Positions 28,673-37,407 of a stretch of 64,000 bases of DNA are shown here, piece after piece. Location of the stretch: NCBI GenBank assembly GCA_042408215.1, contig JAYFMW010000015.1, forward strand, positions 14,669 to 78,668. Direction: 5' to 3'. A program made the position numbers and the translations under genes. This DNA comes from Microcoleus sp. GTDB taxonomy: Bacteria > Cyanobacteriota > Cyanobacteriia > Cyanobacteriales > Microcoleaceae. The notes under the pieces are model-generated. The model saw only the letters and a list, made by a program, of their open reading frames with translations. It was not told the origin of the DNA and did no database searches. How positions within the stretch are numbered: the stretch's first letter is position 1; each line of letters starts with the position of its first letter.

Positions 28673-31255
28673 ATGTTAAATCCCCTAAATCGTTTACGTA
28701 ATTTCCGTAATGGCTCCCTAAGTAATCTCAAACTGGGCCACTGGACAATTCAATCCAAGCTGCAAGCGTTGCTCCTAGGAGTTAGCCTCGGTTCTGTAGT
28801 GGTAGTTAGTGGAATTGGTTGGTATCAAACACAAGCCACCCTCAGAAGCAAAATCGCCGAACAACTTGCAGGTATAAGCAGTACCAAAGCCGAGCAGTTT
28901 GAGTCCTACTTTGAAAATTTGAACAATCAAGTGGGGATGCTGGCATCAGACAGCAACGTTGTGAAAGCGATGGTGGATTTCAATGGAAGTTTCCGCAACC
29001 TCGATCGCAACTTTATTCCCGCCGAATGGGATACAGCTTTGGATACTTACTACACCGAGCAATTTTTCCCTCGGTTGCAAAAGAATCTATCCCCACAAGA
29101 ACTGAACCCCAGTGTCTATCGTCCCACCGGACAAGCGACTCGCTATCTCCAGTATCACTACATTGCTGCTAATCCCAATCCAATCGGCAAAAAAGACAAG
29201 CTACTTGATGCTGGTGATGGCAGCGATTACAGCAAAGCTCATGCCAAATATCAAAAATTCTTTGCAGGAATTGTCCAAAAATTTGGTTATTACGATTTAT
29301 TTTTGATTAACCCTAAAACTGGGGATATCATCTATTCCTATTTTAAAGAGACAGATTTTGCCACTAATCGACTACAGGGTTTTTACGCCCAGAGTTCACT
29401 GACGGACTTGCTGCAGAAAGTCCAGGCAAATCCAACACAAGGTAGCATTCAGGTTGCTGATTTCCAACCTTACCGACCCTCTTATAACGCTCCCGCCGCT
29501 TTCGTAGCAACACCCATTTATAGCGGTTCTAACATGATTGGCATCTTGGCAGTGCAAATTCCCATTGACAAGATAGACGAGGCTATTAACCGGAGTAATA
29601 ATTGGGAAGGTAGTGGTTTGCAGAAAACGGGAGAAGCTTATTTAGTCGGGCCAGATTTCTTAATGCGTTCGACATCCCGTTTTTGGGTTGAAGACCCCAA
29701 AAAATATCAAAATGTTGTTCGTTACACGGGGACTGACCAAAGAACTCTGGAACTGATGGAGAACTTCAACACTACCATTGGCTTACAGAAAATCAACAGT
29801 CCAGCCGCCTTAGCCGCCTTAGCAGGGAAACAAGGCATGATGGTAGACCGCAACTATCGGGGGGCAGAGGTATTGAGTTCTTACGCTCCTTTGAAGTTGA
29901 ACGGCTTAAATTGGGCGATTCTGGCAGAGATGGAGGTGGGGGAAGCTTATCGTCCGCTTTACACGTTGCAGGTAATTCTGTTGATTGCGGCGGTGCTTTT
30001 CCTACTAGGAACAGCGTTTTTAGCGGCAATTGCTGCCAGGATTTTTACCTCTCCCCTAAGTCGTTTGACTGAAAACGCCCGGAAACTTGTGGCCGGGGAA
30101 CTAGATGTGGAAGTTGAGGTAACGTCGCAAGACGAGTTTGGAGAATTAGCCACAGAGTTCAAAGAGGTGGCGAACAAATTACGCCAAAGTCAGGAAGAAC
30201 TGGAAACCAAGAAACAGGAGAACGATATTCTGTTACAGAATATCTTACCCAAGGCGATCGCCGATCGTCGGAAACAAGGAGAAGTATCCATTGCTGACAA
30301 CTTCAAACAAGTAACCATCCTCAATGCTCATCTGGCTGGTCTTTCTCAGTTGAACAAACGGCTTTCACCGCAAGAGATGAGAAAATTGCTCACCGAGCTA
30401 TTTGATGAATTTGACGACTCTGCAGAACGCTACGGGTTGGAACGACAGAACTCCGCGACTACAAGCTATATGGCGGTGTGCGGACTCAGCGAAGTTAGAT
30501 TTGACCACAGCAAGCGAACTGTTGATTTTGCCCTAGTCATGTTAGAGATTATCCAGCGTCTGAATGTTAAGTATAATTCTGCCTTAGCTTTACGCATCAG
30601 CATTCATGCAGGTTCTGTGACAGCAGGGGTAGTAGGAACAGAGAGATTTGGCTACAGGATTTGGGGAGAAACAGCCTATATAGCAAGTAGTCTCCAGAAC
30701 CAAGCTGATTTGAACTATATTTTACTGACTCAAAGTGTCTACGAACGGATCGCAGATAGCTACACTTTCATCCAAAACCCGCCAGTGAAAATTCAAGGAC
30801 TGGGAGAAGTAGAAACCTGGACGTTGGTAAGCACCAGGAAATTAGTTCTGAGTCAGGTGGAGTTGGTTCAGTCATCCTTTGAAAAAGTGAAGCCCATAGC
30901 CGATAAGACTGCCGAAGTTTTCTACCAACGACTGTTTGAATTAAGCCCTTCCCTGCGTCCTCTGTTTAAAGGGGAGATGAAACAACAGGAGGGTAAGCTA
31001 ATGGCTACGCTTGCTCTCGCAGTCGATGGTTTGCGTCAGCCAGAGAAGATTATCCCAGCCATTCAAAATTTGGGTCGTCGTCATGTGGGCTATGGTATCA
31101 AGGCTGAATACTACGATATTGTCGGCGAAGCTTTGCTGTGGGCCTTGGCGCAAGGACTGGGTGTAGAGTTTACTACGCCAGTCCGCAAAGCATGGGAAGA
31201 AGCTTACACGTTCCTGAGCGAAATTATGAAAGAAGCAGGAGAACTTGAGTTGTAA
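28673..31255 (+). CDS. Cache-HAMP-class III cyclase (degenerate)-globin fusion membrane protein
   Basis: Two TM helices around a Cache region (YYDLFLI, PAAFVATPI); HAMP DEFGELA; LLQNILP; RISIHAGSVTAGVVG; C-terminal globin FYQRLF...RPLF...LGRRHVGYG. Confidence 0.9.
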   Translation: MLNPLNRLRNFRNGSLSNLKLGHWTIQSKLQALLLGVSLGSVVVVSGIGWYQTQATLRSKIAEQLAGISSTKAEQFESYFENLNNQVGMLASDSNVVKAMVDFNGSFRNLDRNFIPAEWDTALDTYYTEQFFPRLQKNLSPQELNPSVYRPTGQATRYLQYHYIAANPNPIGKKDKLLDAGDGSDYSKAHAKYQKFFAGIVQKFGYYDLFLINPKTGDIIYSYFKETDFATNRLQGFYAQSSLTDLLQKVQANPTQGSIQVADFQPYRPSYNAPAAFVATPIYSGSNMIGILAVQIPIDKIDEAINRSNNWEGSGLQKTGEAYLVGPDFLMRSTSRFWVEDPKKYQNVVRYTGTDQRTLELMENFNTTIGLQKINSPAALAALAGKQGMMVDRNYRGAEVLSSYAPLKLNGLNWAILAEMEVGEAYRPLYTLQVILLIAAVLFLLGTAFLAAIAARIFTSPLSRLTENARKLVAGELDVEVEVTSQDEFGELATEFKEVANKLRQSQEELETKKQENDILLQNILPKAIADRRKQGEVSIADNFKQVTILNAHLAGLSQLNKRLSPQEMRKLLTELFDEFDDSAERYGLERQNSATTSYMAVCGLSEVRFDHSKRTVDFALVMLEIIQRLNVKYNSALALRISIHAGSVTAGVVGTERFGYRIWGETAYIASSLQNQADLNYILLTQSVYERIADSYTFIQNPPVKIQGLGEVETWTLVSTRKLVLSQVELVQSSFEKVKPIADKTAEVFYQRLFELSPSLRPLFKGEMKQQEGKLMATLALAVDGLRQPEKIIPAIQNLGRRHVGYGIKAEYYDIVGEALLWALAQGLGVEFTTPVRKAWEEAYTFLSEIMKEAGELEL

Positions 31256-31317
31256 AATATCGGTGTATAAGGCAATTTTCTGTTTTGAAAATAGGGGGTA
31301 GGCGGTAGGGTGTGGGG

Positions 31318-31703
31318 ATTGGTGTCAACTTAAGGTCAAAGGTAGTTACAGACTGCTGTCTGACGATTAAAAATTCGATCCCCCCTAGCCCCCCTTAAGA
31401 AGGGGGGGATTGGAACTAACTTAAAGTTCCCTTTTACAAGGCGGGGATTGGAAGTAATTTAAAGTTCCCTTTTACAAGGCGGGGATTGGAAGTAATTTAA
31501 AGTTCCCCTTTACAAGGCGGGGATTGGAAGTAATTTAAAGTTCCCCTTTACAAGGCGGGGACTGAAAGTAACTTAAAGTTCCCTTTTACAAGGCGGGGAC
31601 TGAAAGTAACTCAAAGTCCCCCGACCTAAGGGGGATTTAGGGGTATCTAAATTCTGAAACAAGCAAGATTTATCAATGATTTCAGTCTTACGTTGACACC
31701 AAT
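31318..31703. mobile_element. 386 bp MITE with 17 bp TIRs, 11 bp target-site duplication and internal tandem array
   Basis: ATTGGTGTCAACTTAAG / CTTACGTTGACACCAAT (16/17 match); AGGGTGTGGGG at 31307-31317 and 31704-31714. Confidence 0.85.
31405..31620. repeat. About 5.7 copies of a 38 bp tandem repeat
   Basis: Unit GGGGATTGGAAGTAATTTAAAGTTCCCTTTTACAAGGC with 1-4 substitutions per copy; no spacers. Confidence 0.9.
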
Positions 31704-31962
31704 AGGGTGTGGGGTGTGGGAAAAATCCTAGCACTTTCGTCATTAGATTTTAGGAGATTGAGACCAGCCGAGGGAATATTACCCCCTAATATGATTAGCT
31801 CTCAACCGCCAGATAGCTGGGATCAATTTTCCCTACACCCGACCCCCTACACCCCACACCCAGCCTCCTTTTTTAGTCCCTTGTCACCCCGTCAAGCACG
31901 GGCATCTAACTAATCGAATTGGCTGACAAATACTTACTACGTTTATTCGTTAAAAAACAGTC

Positions 31963-33450
31963 ATGGATAAATCACTTCTGGGATGGTTATTGCTTTTAGG
32001 GCTGGGATTTCCCTTGTTTGGTATATTGCTTGGTGAAGCCGCCTCAAGATTGGAACGCGAGCAACACCCCTTAGCAATTGGTCTGCGTCAAGTGCGCGAG
32101 TATCTGTTACCGCCGTTAGCGGTGCTATTGATAATGCGGCAGCTTTTGAGCGTCGCTGGCAAAGATTCCTGGGCGCGTTTTGCAGAAACGCTAACTTGGG
32201 TTGCCGTTATTGTAGCGGGACTTTCTTTGATCAACGCCCTGTTGACCACAAAAAAGCAACCAATTAAATGGCAAATTCACGTACCTAACCTGTTTTTTCA
32301 GGTAGCTAGGGCGTTAGTAATCTTAGGCATTGGCTATCACATTCTTAATGGAGTTTGGGATATAAGTTTTAGTGGTTTGGGCAGCAGTGTAGGGATAGCT
32401 TCAGCGGTAATTGCCCTCGCGCTGCAAGATACCCTCAGCAACTTGGTATCAGGATTGCTGCTGCTATTTGCTAAACCGTTCAGAACGGGTGACTGGATTG
32501 AGGTAGACGGAAAGCAGGGGCGGGTACTAGAGCAAAACTGGTGGTCGGTCACCATAGGAACTCCTGCCTGGAAGTTAAACGTTCCCAATGGGGTATTGTC
32601 GAAGGCAAGGATTATCAATTACGGTCAGGGAGCAATTTGGAAAAATATTTCTGCCAGCTTTTCTTACGACGACTCTCCTAATCAGGTGATTCCAGCATTA
32701 AGTAGCTTGTTGGAGGGTATAGATATGATCGAAGGTAAAGGTTTTGCTGAAGTTAGTTCCTATGGAGACTCCAGTATCACCTACGACCTTTGGTATAAGG
32801 TGCTGCCTGAAAAATCTATTCTCGTTGCTCCGGAACTCAAATCCCGACTTTACTATCTGACCAAACGTTATGGTTTTACCGCCCCCTATCCGATTCAAAT
32901 GCATTACAACGTCGATGCGAAACAAGGAATACCGAGCCAAATTCCCCAAGCATTAGAAAACCGCCAACAGGAATTGGTAACTTATTTGCGATCGCTCCCA
33001 TATTTCCTAACGCTCAATGATAATCAGATTGAAACATTGGCTGAAAAGGCGAGATTTAAAAGCTACGGCCAAGGTGAGCTAATTATTCAGGAAGGTAAAG
33101 AAGACGAGGGACTTTATCTTATGTTCAAGGGTAGGGGACAGGCTTACCTAAAAGATGAAAAAGGCGATCGCAAGGTAGTGGACGAGCTGGAACTTAACGA
33201 AGCCTTTGGTGAAATGGCTATCTTTCCCGGAGAGTTAAGTCCAGTTACAGCCATCGCCAAGGAAGATGTTGAAGTTGTCGTCATTCCAGCCGCACAGATT
33301 GTCGAAGCAATTGAATCTAACAACAAATTTGCATCAGAACTTCTAGAATATATCGAAGAACGCAAAAAAATGGTTCTACTTGCCAAAGGAATTAAGGAGG
33401 ATGTGAAGCCGCCGAGCAACAACGGTAGCCGAGTGCAAGTGAGAAAATAG
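31963..33450 (+). CDS. MscS-family mechanosensitive channel with C-terminal cNMP-binding domain
   Basis: ALALQDTLSNLVSG, KPFRTGDWI, VPNG; IIQEG...GLYL...FGEMA. Confidence 0.92.
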   Translation: MDKSLLGWLLLLGLGFPLFGILLGEAASRLEREQHPLAIGLRQVREYLLPPLAVLLIMRQLLSVAGKDSWARFAETLTWVAVIVAGLSLINALLTTKKQPIKWQIHVPNLFFQVARALVILGIGYHILNGVWDISFSGLGSSVGIASAVIALALQDTLSNLVSGLLLLFAKPFRTGDWIEVDGKQGRVLEQNWWSVTIGTPAWKLNVPNGVLSKARIINYGQGAIWKNISASFSYDDSPNQVIPALSSLLEGIDMIEGKGFAEVSSYGDSSITYDLWYKVLPEKSILVAPELKSRLYYLTKRYGFTAPYPIQMHYNVDAKQGIPSQIPQALENRQQELVTYLRSLPYFLTLNDNQIETLAEKARFKSYGQGELIIQEGKEDEGLYLMFKGRGQAYLKDEKGDRKVVDELELNEAFGEMAIFPGELSPVTAIAKEDVEVVVIPAAQIVEAIESNNKFASELLEYIEERKKMVLLAKGIKEDVKPPSNNGSRVQVRK

Positions 33451-33742
33451 TTGAGCAACCGCCAAGAGCGTTCCCTCCGCTACGCTTCGCCCAACGAGCC
33501 TCCCGGTAATGGTCATAAAATTCCTTAAATTATGGGTAGAAAGAGTGAGATTTTTTGTATTTTTAGGCTTGACTTATCAGGGGAATTAGTGTATATTTTT
33601 TCTAGGGTAAATCGTAAATTTTACCTCAACTAAATACGCTAAATTCAGGTAAGTCAAACACTACATTTTCCAGTAAAATAGACTAAAATATTTCCTCGTT
33701 GTTTTTCAATTTCAGTCCCAACCACCTTGGCGGTTCCCATAT

Positions 33743-34834
33743 ATGTCATCAATCAGCATGAGGATAAGCAGAGCAAAAAAATACATAAATTACTTATTTT
33801 TGCTCAACCTAGTTTTACTGTTAACAGCCTGCGCTGGTCAATCAAAAACCTCACAAGCAAATATTGACAATAAAGCTAGTGCAGACAAATCTTCAAAAGA
33901 AAACTTGGGTATTCAGAAAGTCGAGGGGAAATTAGTTAAATCACCCTCAACTCAAAACTCAGCTAAACAGGGTATTGTGTTACCCGAAGTAAACCCCCTG
34001 GAACTGGAGGGAACACTGGCGATATCGGGAAGCCAGGTAGTTTTGCCGATTAGTCAGGCTATTGCTCAACGCTTTATCCAAGACGGCTATCCCAGCAAGA
34101 TTAATCTCGCTGGTATTGATACTCAGGTTGGCTTCAAGCTATTTTGCGAGGATAAAAAGGTAGATATTGTCAATGCGGTTCGCCCGATTACCAGTCAGGA
34201 GTTAGCAGCCTGTGCGAAGTCAGGTGTTGAGCCGATAGACTTTCAAATAGCCACCGATGCTGTCACCATTGTAGTCAGTTCTCAGAATACTTTCCTCCCA
34301 AACAGTCTGACCCGCGATGAACTAGCAAAGGTATTTACTGTTCAAAAGTGGTCAGATGTCAATCCCAAATGGCCAAAAGAGCTGATTAAACGCATTATCC
34401 CAGCGGGGGCTACTACTGGCGGCTCTGTTGACCTGCTTTCCCAAGCTATTTTCCAAGGGAACGTTAGCCAACTTACTAATGCTCCCAATACGACATTTTA
34501 TGACTTTGTAGAGCAGTTGCACTCAGAGGCTTTAATTAATCCCTACATGGTTGGCTTTTTAGAGTATGCTTCCTATAAACAAAACAGCGACAAAGTGAGG
34601 GCGATCGCGATTGATAAAGTAGAGCCTTTCCTATCAACATATCCGATCACTCGTCCGCTGTATATTTATGCGGATGCCAAAGCGATGCGGCAACGACCGG
34701 AAGTAGAAGGATTTGTTAACTATTACTTGACCTATGTGAACGAAGAAATTTCTGGTTTGGGCTACTTCCCAGTTAAACCAACCGTATTGGATGAGTCAAA
34801 AACTAAGTTTTTACAAGTGAAGGGTAATAAATAG
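33743..34834 (+). CDS. PstS-like substrate-binding lipoprotein (divergent)
   Basis: Lipobox LLLTAC; GFKLFC, DIVNA, DAVTIVVS, WSDVNPKWP, YPITRPLYIY. Confidence 0.8.
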   Translation: MSSISMRISRAKKYINYLFLLNLVLLLTACAGQSKTSQANIDNKASADKSSKENLGIQKVEGKLVKSPSTQNSAKQGIVLPEVNPLELEGTLAISGSQVVLPISQAIAQRFIQDGYPSKINLAGIDTQVGFKLFCEDKKVDIVNAVRPITSQELAACAKSGVEPIDFQIATDAVTIVVSSQNTFLPNSLTRDELAKVFTVQKWSDVNPKWPKELIKRIIPAGATTGGSVDLLSQAIFQGNVSQLTNAPNTTFYDFVEQLHSEALINPYMVGFLEYASYKQNSDKVRAIAIDKVEPFLSTYPITRPLYIYADAKAMRQRPEVEGFVNYYLTYVNEEISGLGYFPVKPTVLDESKTKFLQVKGNK

Positions 34835-34893
34835 TTGTTGAAGTAAGCAAGTCGGAAAAATTAGTCGATCGGAAAATTATCAACATTTAAATC

Positions 34894-35728
34894 ATGAAAG
34901 AAAACAGAAATTCAGGCGAGTCTGACAAGCAAGTACCAAATTATTACGACCAAATTGATACTGATAACTTCTATCAAAAGGTCAGTGGTGGCGAACACGT
35001 TCATATAGGTTTATTTAAACACCCCAATGAAGACTTGGAATCTGCTAAGAAGCGTACCACAGAATATATGGCTTCTCTACTCAATATAGATGATAACTGT
35101 CGGATTCTAGACCTCGGTGCAGGGATATGGAGGTGCAGCCAGATACCTAGCCAAAACCTATTCTTGTCGAGTCTCTTGCTTAAATATTAGCCAAACGCAA
35201 AATGCCATTAACATTCAGCGCAATCAAGACCAAGGATTAACAGATTTAATCGAGGTTGAAGAGGGAAGTTTTGAGCAATTACCCTACTCAAATTCTAGTT
35301 TTGATGTGATTTGGTCGCAAGATGCTATCTTCCACAGCAATACGCCCGAAAAGGTTTTTCAGGAGTGTATTAGGGTATTAGGCGATGAAGGTGAGTTCAT
35401 CTTCAGTGCTGTCATGCTTGACGATAGCATTTCTCAGGAAGAGCAGCAGAAGTTAACTAAATATTACTCGCTGAACCTGCAATATTTACAGACCTATCGC
35501 CATCTGGCTAATCAGATGGGTTTATGCGAACTAAAAATAATTGATTTGTCTGAGAACATTCAAATCAACTATTCAAGATTGCTGGAAAGAATGGAAGTTT
35601 TACAAGCAGAAAACGATCGACTTTGGAGTTTTGAGTTCTACACAAACATGAAACGGAGGTTACTTGACTGGGTTGATGCTGGAGAGAAGGGACTGATTAG
35701 CTGGAAAATTTTGCACTTTCAAAAATAA
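34894..35728 (+). pseudogene. SAM-dependent N-methyltransferase (sarcosine/dimethylglycine methyltransferase-like), +1 frameshift
   Basis: YYD...DNFYQKV.GGEHVHIGLF, ILDLGAG|YGGAARYLA, FDVIWSQDAIFH; extra G at 35122-35124. Confidence 0.85.
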
Positions 35729-36303
35729 TGAACAACCAACAAAAAGGTAAAAAACTGATGATTTTCTACACAAATACTTGGCGGAAAATTTTAACAATTA
35801 CAGGAATAGCAGTCCTCACCTCCTCTGTTTATTTGGGTGATGCTCTGGCTCAATCTTTCACTGACAGTGGAAGTTTATTAATCTCCCAAAATCTAGGGGG
35901 AATAGTCCGAAAAATACCCCTGGAAGAAGTAGCAATTCCAGCAATGTCTTCAGCAAAGACGGCGACTAATGCTGCATTTAACCAAGCCAGAATTGAACTG
36001 AAGTCAGATGGTTCGTTAATATACATACTCAGAGGTAAAAACCAACAAGGCTTTGAAGTTGAAGTACAAGTTACTCCCAGTGGCACTCTTATCCAAGTTG
36101 ACGAGCAAATAGAACTCAGTGGAGTTCCTGAAGTTGCTGTAAAATCTTTCAAAAAATGGGCACCAAATGACCCACTTATCAGCACTTGGCGGAGTACCCG
36201 TCTTGGCGAATTTTTCTATCAATTTGTCATTCGGGATTTTTGGTTAGAAATTGCTGCTGATGGTAATAAAGTCGTCATTTACCGCAAAAAAATTAATATT
36301 TAG
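35728..36303 (+). CDS. Secreted hypothetical protein (PepSY-like repeats possible)
   Basis: Signal peptide ending ALA; two L..VP..A segments and EVEVQVTPSG. Confidence 0.6.
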   Translation: MNNQQKGKKLMIFYTNTWRKILTITGIAVLTSSVYLGDALAQSFTDSGSLLISQNLGGIVRKIPLEEVAIPAMSSAKTATNAAFNQARIELKSDGSLIYILRGKNQQGFEVEVQVTPSGTLIQVDEQIELSGVPEVAVKSFKKWAPNDPLISTWRSTRLGEFFYQFVIRDFWLEIAADGNKVVIYRKKINI

Positions 36304-36344
36304 CAAATCAACAGTCAAAATATGCAATTCGGCGGCACAGAGCT

Positions 36345-37361
36345 ATGAAAACATTTACGATCGGTAATTGGCAGAGAATTGTCGCGGCCACACTAACTGC
36401 AACAACAATTGCTTTCACTACTAATGCTGCTTTTGCTCAATTACTTAAGGGTAGTGGTGCTTCTTTTTCCGAACCTCTTTATCAGCGCTATAGCGCAGAA
36501 TACGAACGGGAAACAGGCGTCAAGTTCCAATACACTGCCATTGGCAGTGGTGGTGGCATTCGGCTGTTCATGAATAAAACTGTGGACTTCGGAGGTACTA
36601 CTTTAATTCCTACCCCAATTGAGAAAAATCAAATGAAAGATGGGTTGCTGATGGTGCCGACAGGAGGAGGGGCAATAGCCATTGTTTACAACCTTGAAGA
36701 TGCGACTGCCGATGTCAAGTTATCTCGCGAGCAACTGGCACAAATATTTACAGGTAAAATTTCTAATTGGAACCAGGTTGATTCCCGTTTTCCTAACAAA
36801 AAGATTCAAGTTGTAGTTCAATCCGATAGTAGCGGTGCTACCTTGACTCTCACTAAATACTTGCGAAAAATTACGGGTGGAAAGATAGAAGCAGCGCGGG
36901 AACCTAATTGGGGATTTCAGGTTTTCGCTGCCCTTCCCCAAGATAGTGCAGTGGCGGGAGAAGTACGAAGAATTGATGGTGCGATCGGCTATGTTCAAAC
37001 AAGCTTTGCTCGTAAGAACAATCTGGCTACAGCTAGGATTGAAAATCGGACTGGTCGTTACGTGGAACCGACTTTGGCAGAGACTGAAAAAGCCCTAGCC
37101 AATATCAAGTTTAACGATGACTTCACGACGGGCGATATTGATGACCCAGAAGATGGCTACCCCTTGGTTAGTTTGAGTTGGCTACTGTTCTATGAAAAGT
37201 ATCCCAACGAAACTCTTGTCCAAGCTAATAAGAACTTGTTGACATGGATTTTAACTAAGGGTCAAGCATTTAATCGAGAGCTAGGATACACGAAAATTCC
37301 CGAAGATGTAGCTAATAAAGTGATTGAAACTGCCAATAATGAATTGAGGGTTCGTCCCTAA
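36345..37361 (+). CDS. pstS: PstS-like phosphate-binding protein
   Basis: GSGASF.EPLY, YTAIGSGGGI, VDFGG, IAIVYNL, GAIGYV, YPLVSLSW. Confidence 0.85.
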   Translation: MKTFTIGNWQRIVAATLTATTIAFTTNAAFAQLLKGSGASFSEPLYQRYSAEYERETGVKFQYTAIGSGGGIRLFMNKTVDFGGTTLIPTPIEKNQMKDGLLMVPTGGGAIAIVYNLEDATADVKLSREQLAQIFTGKISNWNQVDSRFPNKKIQVVVQSDSSGATLTLTKYLRKITGGKIEAAREPNWGFQVFAALPQDSAVAGEVRRIDGAIGYVQTSFARKNNLATARIENRTGRYVEPTLAETEKALANIKFNDDFTTGDIDDPEDGYPLVSLSWLLFYEKYPNETLVQANKNLLTWILTKGQAFNRELGYTKIPEDVANKVIETANNELRVRP

Positions 37362-37407
37362 TAAAAAGGCTTGTTATCCATTGTCTGTCTGAGAAAAAGG
37401 AAAAATT

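Noticed and set aside
31405..31620. 38 bp repeats as a CRISPR array
   Set aside because: Head-to-tail copies with no unique spacers, inside a MITE, and no cas genes
33743..37361. Standard pst phosphate-uptake operon
   Set aside because: No pstC, pstA, pstB or phoU, and the binding-site motifs are altered
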